Shown here: positions 59,990 to 64,000 of the stretch, one piece after another | Position numbering within the stretch: the first letter of the stretch is position 1 | How the letters are laid out: every line of letters starts with the position of its first letter | Assembly (NCBI GenBank): GCA_964016885.1 | Contig: OZ024743.1 | Location: 226,238,001-226,302,000, forward strand | Length of the DNA: 64,000 nt | Reading direction: 5' to 3' | DNA from: Eledone cirrhosa | Taxonomy: Eukaryota | Translations under genes and position numbers: made by a program | Notes under the pieces: generated by a model | What the model saw: only the letters and a program-made list of their open reading frames with translations | What the model was told of the DNA's origin: nothing | The model's database searches: none

Positions 59990-61412
59990 ACGACAATAGC
60001 GGAGAGAATGTCAAGGTCCTTCTTTAAAAACAAGAAAAGCGGACCCGAACCCCCAATCGCAAGTGAAGACCGTACTAAACTGCTTCATGCCAGACATCGA
60101 ACGCACAGCAAGGGGCAAACAGTTTGGTAGCATCTCGGTGTTATTCAAAACTGAAGCCCTTGCAATAAAATACTGTCGTCCGCTACAAAACAGACCAATT
60201 AATATTGTAACCATGCAGGTAAAAGTCTGCCTTCCCAGGATCCCGCCAGGGTTGGATATCTGGTGACTCATGCGATGCGTAGTAATGGAGCGTAGTTATA
60301 TCCTCCTTGAAGTCAAAGAGATATAGATTGAGACTGGTTTACGACTCGCTTGGAAATTCTTCCCCCAATCAAACGTGAAGAACATCCCTGATCATGTTCG
60401 CTTTCTGAACGTTTCAGATATCCAAGTGGTCACTTAGAGCAAAAGGCCACACAATTTCATCTGCGGTCAAATGACTCACCAATATTCCTTCCACGCTCAG
60501 CTAAAAAATCGCAAGGAGCCGCAGAGTACCACTACTACGAACACAAGCAGCTCAACAACAACTACAACAACTGCACCAGCAGCGTAGATCAACAGCAGCA
60601 ACACCAACATAAGTAACAATAGGTACACCAATAGTTGCACCAGCAAGACCAACTCTCTCACTAACAGCAGAAAAATAAGCACTACCACCATCAAACCCAA
60701 TAACACCAAATGGACCAGCAAAAGAATCAACACTAATACTAACTGCAAGAAACTTAAAAGCCATTCCACCATAGCTCTTCCTCTTCCCCTTTTCGAAACA
60801 TACACACTCGCCCTCACTCACACATTCATACAACAACATAAATCGGAGTCAGGTGACTCAGATACAGAAACCTCCTCTTCTCGCAGCGAGGAAGAGATGG
60901 TACCCCAAAAGGCAAAAACACAAAATCTGAAACATAAATCCCCTCCCCTCCCCCCGCCAAAAAAGAACAAAAATGAAACATAAATGACCCCCCCACCCCC
61001 CAAGAAAAAATAAGATATCCTGCAGCATTTCAACACACACAGTAAAACACTCCAGAAAACACTGAAATCACACAGAAATCACAGAAAACAAACACAGACA
61101 CACCCACAACAGCACATCTGCCAACACTACTACCGTTACCACAGACGTAAACGCGCACAACTATAACAACCAACGACACATACACCAAACTTTGTGCTAG
61201 TAAGTTTGAATATTAATACCTGGAGGTTGTCCTCAAGGCAGCTGGCTTAGTTTCCCATCTTCAGTGGCTGGATCGCTACAATGCACAGCGGCATTTGCTC
61301 GGTGTTCAAAGTAAATGGCTACCTTTCGGAACCGTTTGAGATTTAGCTCTCGGTTCATCAAGTGTGCCTTCGCTCAACACTTCTGTACGTATTGATTATA
61401 GAGCTATTACTT
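59990..61412 (+). mobile_element. Internally deleted Tx1-like relic (ORF1 remnant plus RT fragment)
   Basis: ARGKQFGSISVLFKTEALAIKYC resembles T2 ORF1; 61262-61412 reads GWIATMHSGICSVFKVNGYLSEPFEI..LLYVL. Confidence 0.7.
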
Positions 61413-61439
61413 GTTAAGCCTTTAAACAAAGATATATAG

Positions 61440-61550
61440 GTAATGGTGATGACGATGGTGATGATGATGACGGTGCTGAAGAGGATGGTGAAGATAGTGA
61501 TGATGATGATGATGCAGATGATTACGGAGGCGATGATGGTGATGTCGACA
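61440..61550. repeat. Degenerate (GAT)n
   Basis: Direct reading. Confidence 0.85.
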
Positions 61551-61849
61551 AGAGTAAAAAAGATAACAATAATTATGATTAATTAGCATTCACTTCATTA
61601 CACGCAGTCGTTGCTAAGAATAAGCTTAAGATATATTTAAAGTCTGATATAAAGTTAAGTCCCCAGAGTGTCTGCTCTTTTAATTATTGCCATGAAAAAT
61701 TTCGCCATTGGTTAGAAATGTAAACAGACCAAAATACAATGGCATAGAATAGTTCATTTGTGTTTAACGAGGAAGTTTATACAAACATTTGAGGATTTTG
61801 CTTAATAAGAATGAAGATAAATCTTATGTGCCGTAGGTTTACACTACCA

Positions 61850-62080
61850 CGTAGCCATCTCTATCCCCCAACTCATCACCATCGGTACTGAGTTGGTTAC
61901 ACGCAGGTGTGACCCTTGCGAGCTGGAATAGCTCTTCAAACGCGTCTCCCTCACAATCCTCCGGTGAAACCCCTTCTCTATTCTGTCTGTCGGGTGCGCG
62001 GCGCGACCACCACGTGTTCCCGAATTTGTTTATAATAGTGAGAGATAGGGAGAGCGAGAGAGATGGAGACAGTAACTTTA
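61850..62080 (+). mobile_element. Second CRE-like 3' remnant
   Basis: Homologous to 49795-50000; LE*LFKRVSLTILR*NPFSIL. Confidence 0.58.
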
Positions 62081-63375
62081 CCACCATAATCATAATTATA
62101 TATGTATATATGTATATTCACACACAACTTGTGCTTTTCTGATAATTGAAAGGCCTTATTTACAGTCTATTCACAGAGTTTGTACTTTTAGTTGTTGATT
62201 CACTATGATGTCAAAATTAATTTTTTTGATCATTAATAAATTATTTTTTCAGTATTCCTTTATCATACATTTGACATGTCATTTCCTATTTCCTGTTGTT
62301 TTCGTTATTGTTGAATATTTTAGTCTTGGTTATCTTATTTTCGGTTCGAAGAATTCTTTTTAGTGTTTAATGTAAAGCATAGGCTAACCCTTTCGTAACC
62401 GCATTTCTAATGATGTATACACTATTTCAATTAATTAATAACACATTTTGAGTGACTTTGTAACGTTATTAACTATTTCATTGCTAACATAGCATCCTAA
62501 CCAATTATTCTCATACAAAATTATCATAGGACCCCTTTCAAATTTGAGGTTTTGTTTCATTGAACCTGAGCCGGACTTTGATCGGGTTGGTATCAAAATT
62601 GTAGTCTTGAATTTAGTTAAATAGTCAACTCCAGTTGGGTTCTAACCATTATCCTGCAATTTAGATTGAACAATACAATATTTTTTCTAACAGAAATAAG
62701 AATAAAATATATTATTTCACGAGACAGAATGTTATATGAACGATAGAAATTATATAAAACGTACAATTAAAAACCAAAGCGGAAATTAATACAAAATCTT
62801 TACAAAGAAACAAAATATCATTAAATAATTTTGATATTAATTTCTAACAGATGCAAAATGTCAGAAATTTGAATGGAGAGTGAACTGATTAAATCTGGTG
62901 AAATATTTTCTCTACATCGGACGGATCAAAGAAAGAAAATCGAGGCTGGCGAACTTTGAACGCGGAACGTAAAGAGCAGGAAGAAATCCAACAATGCATT
63001 TTGTCCAAATCTCTAATAATTCTTTCAATCCATATCACTTACAATCCTTATTATAGCGTATCTTGTCATTCTTTTTGTAAGTTTCATGATAGGTCCAATA
63101 GTGTAAACAAAAACGCTTCAAGAAACCATATTACCATTTTGAGTGTCAGAGATTGTATAATTTATTTACTAAGAGAAGGTGTCATATAAGAGAGATTTAG
63201 CTGCAATACGTCCAATGACAAGTATAGGGCTTCTATTGTGCAACTGTTTATCTGGGAGTCGGTATATATAGATATAAATTAAGAAACTTATAATCATACA
63301 CAAATACACCCTCACACATAGAAAGATGCAATAACAATGCAAATAAAAGTACTCTCACATGCGAGTACGTAATTG

Positions 63376-63452
<77 letters not shown>

Positions 63453-64000
63453 TGATGTCTGGTGTCTATGGTGTGTACATCTATATGTATAAATCAATCT
63501 TAGAATCAAACATATAAAACTATGCAGATGGATGCCTGCAAATACAAACACCCACACACACATACGCGCGCGCGCACACACACACATACACACACACACA
63601 TACAGACACACAGACACACACAAACACACACACACACACACAAACACACACCCACACACACATGTACATCTGTAATCAAACATATCCTCCTCACAAACGT
63701 ACATACACAAAACCATGTATAAGTCGATTTCCGAGAGTTAGTAATTCTACTATTATATATACTTCATTCTCGACCAAATTAATTTAATATCAGTTATTCA
63801 ATGACACAGTGTTGCTCTAAGATGGAATGAAGGGGTCAACCCTAAGCTTTGCAAACTAGCAGTTGAGGCGAATTACTATGACACACATTTATGAGCTGAA
63901 TCTAATAGTATTAATGTAATATAGGAAATGGTGAACTTGTCAATTACAAGCATAGACAGCAGCAACAACAAGAACAACTACAACTGCAGCAACAGTTGCA

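Noticed and set aside
62842-63189. Splice-acceptor-like TTTCTAACAG and short ORFs
   Set aside because: All frames close quickly, no donor or partner exons, no recognisable protein

Overview
A gene-free, extremely microsatellite-rich eukaryotic window ((TA)n, (CA)n, (GA)n, (TATC)n, (ATT)n). Its SINE families and repeat load suggest an octopus/coleoid cephalopod genome (inference). Almost all non-simple sequence is retroelement-derived. There are two near-full-length Tx1/L1-clade LINEs, each flanked on both sides by (TATC)n, plus a third related copy and a relic. There are four Penelope-like elements (PLEs; RT plus C-terminal GIY-YIG) from three families, RTE and CRE-type LINE fragments, and many tRNA-derived SINEs. 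No host exon could be supported; most short ORFs in the track are microsatellite translations. The main hidden signal is at the RNA level. About 17 type-I hammerhead ribozyme motifs, plus three variant-core ones, can be read by eye on both strands. They lie in PLE terminal repeats and in several unrelated small non-coding, (TA)n-inserted, tandem or fold-back elements (retrozyme-like). In addition, about a dozen otherwise dissimilar elements, including the autonomous PLE P2, share a second short hairpin (TTACYC-variable stem/loop-YC-GAGT) with co-varying inner stems, usually 25-90 nt from the 3' junction. This is a candidate cis-recognition element for a PLE-mobilised community of ribozyme-bearing RNAs. 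All structures were assigned manually; none was computed or tested.
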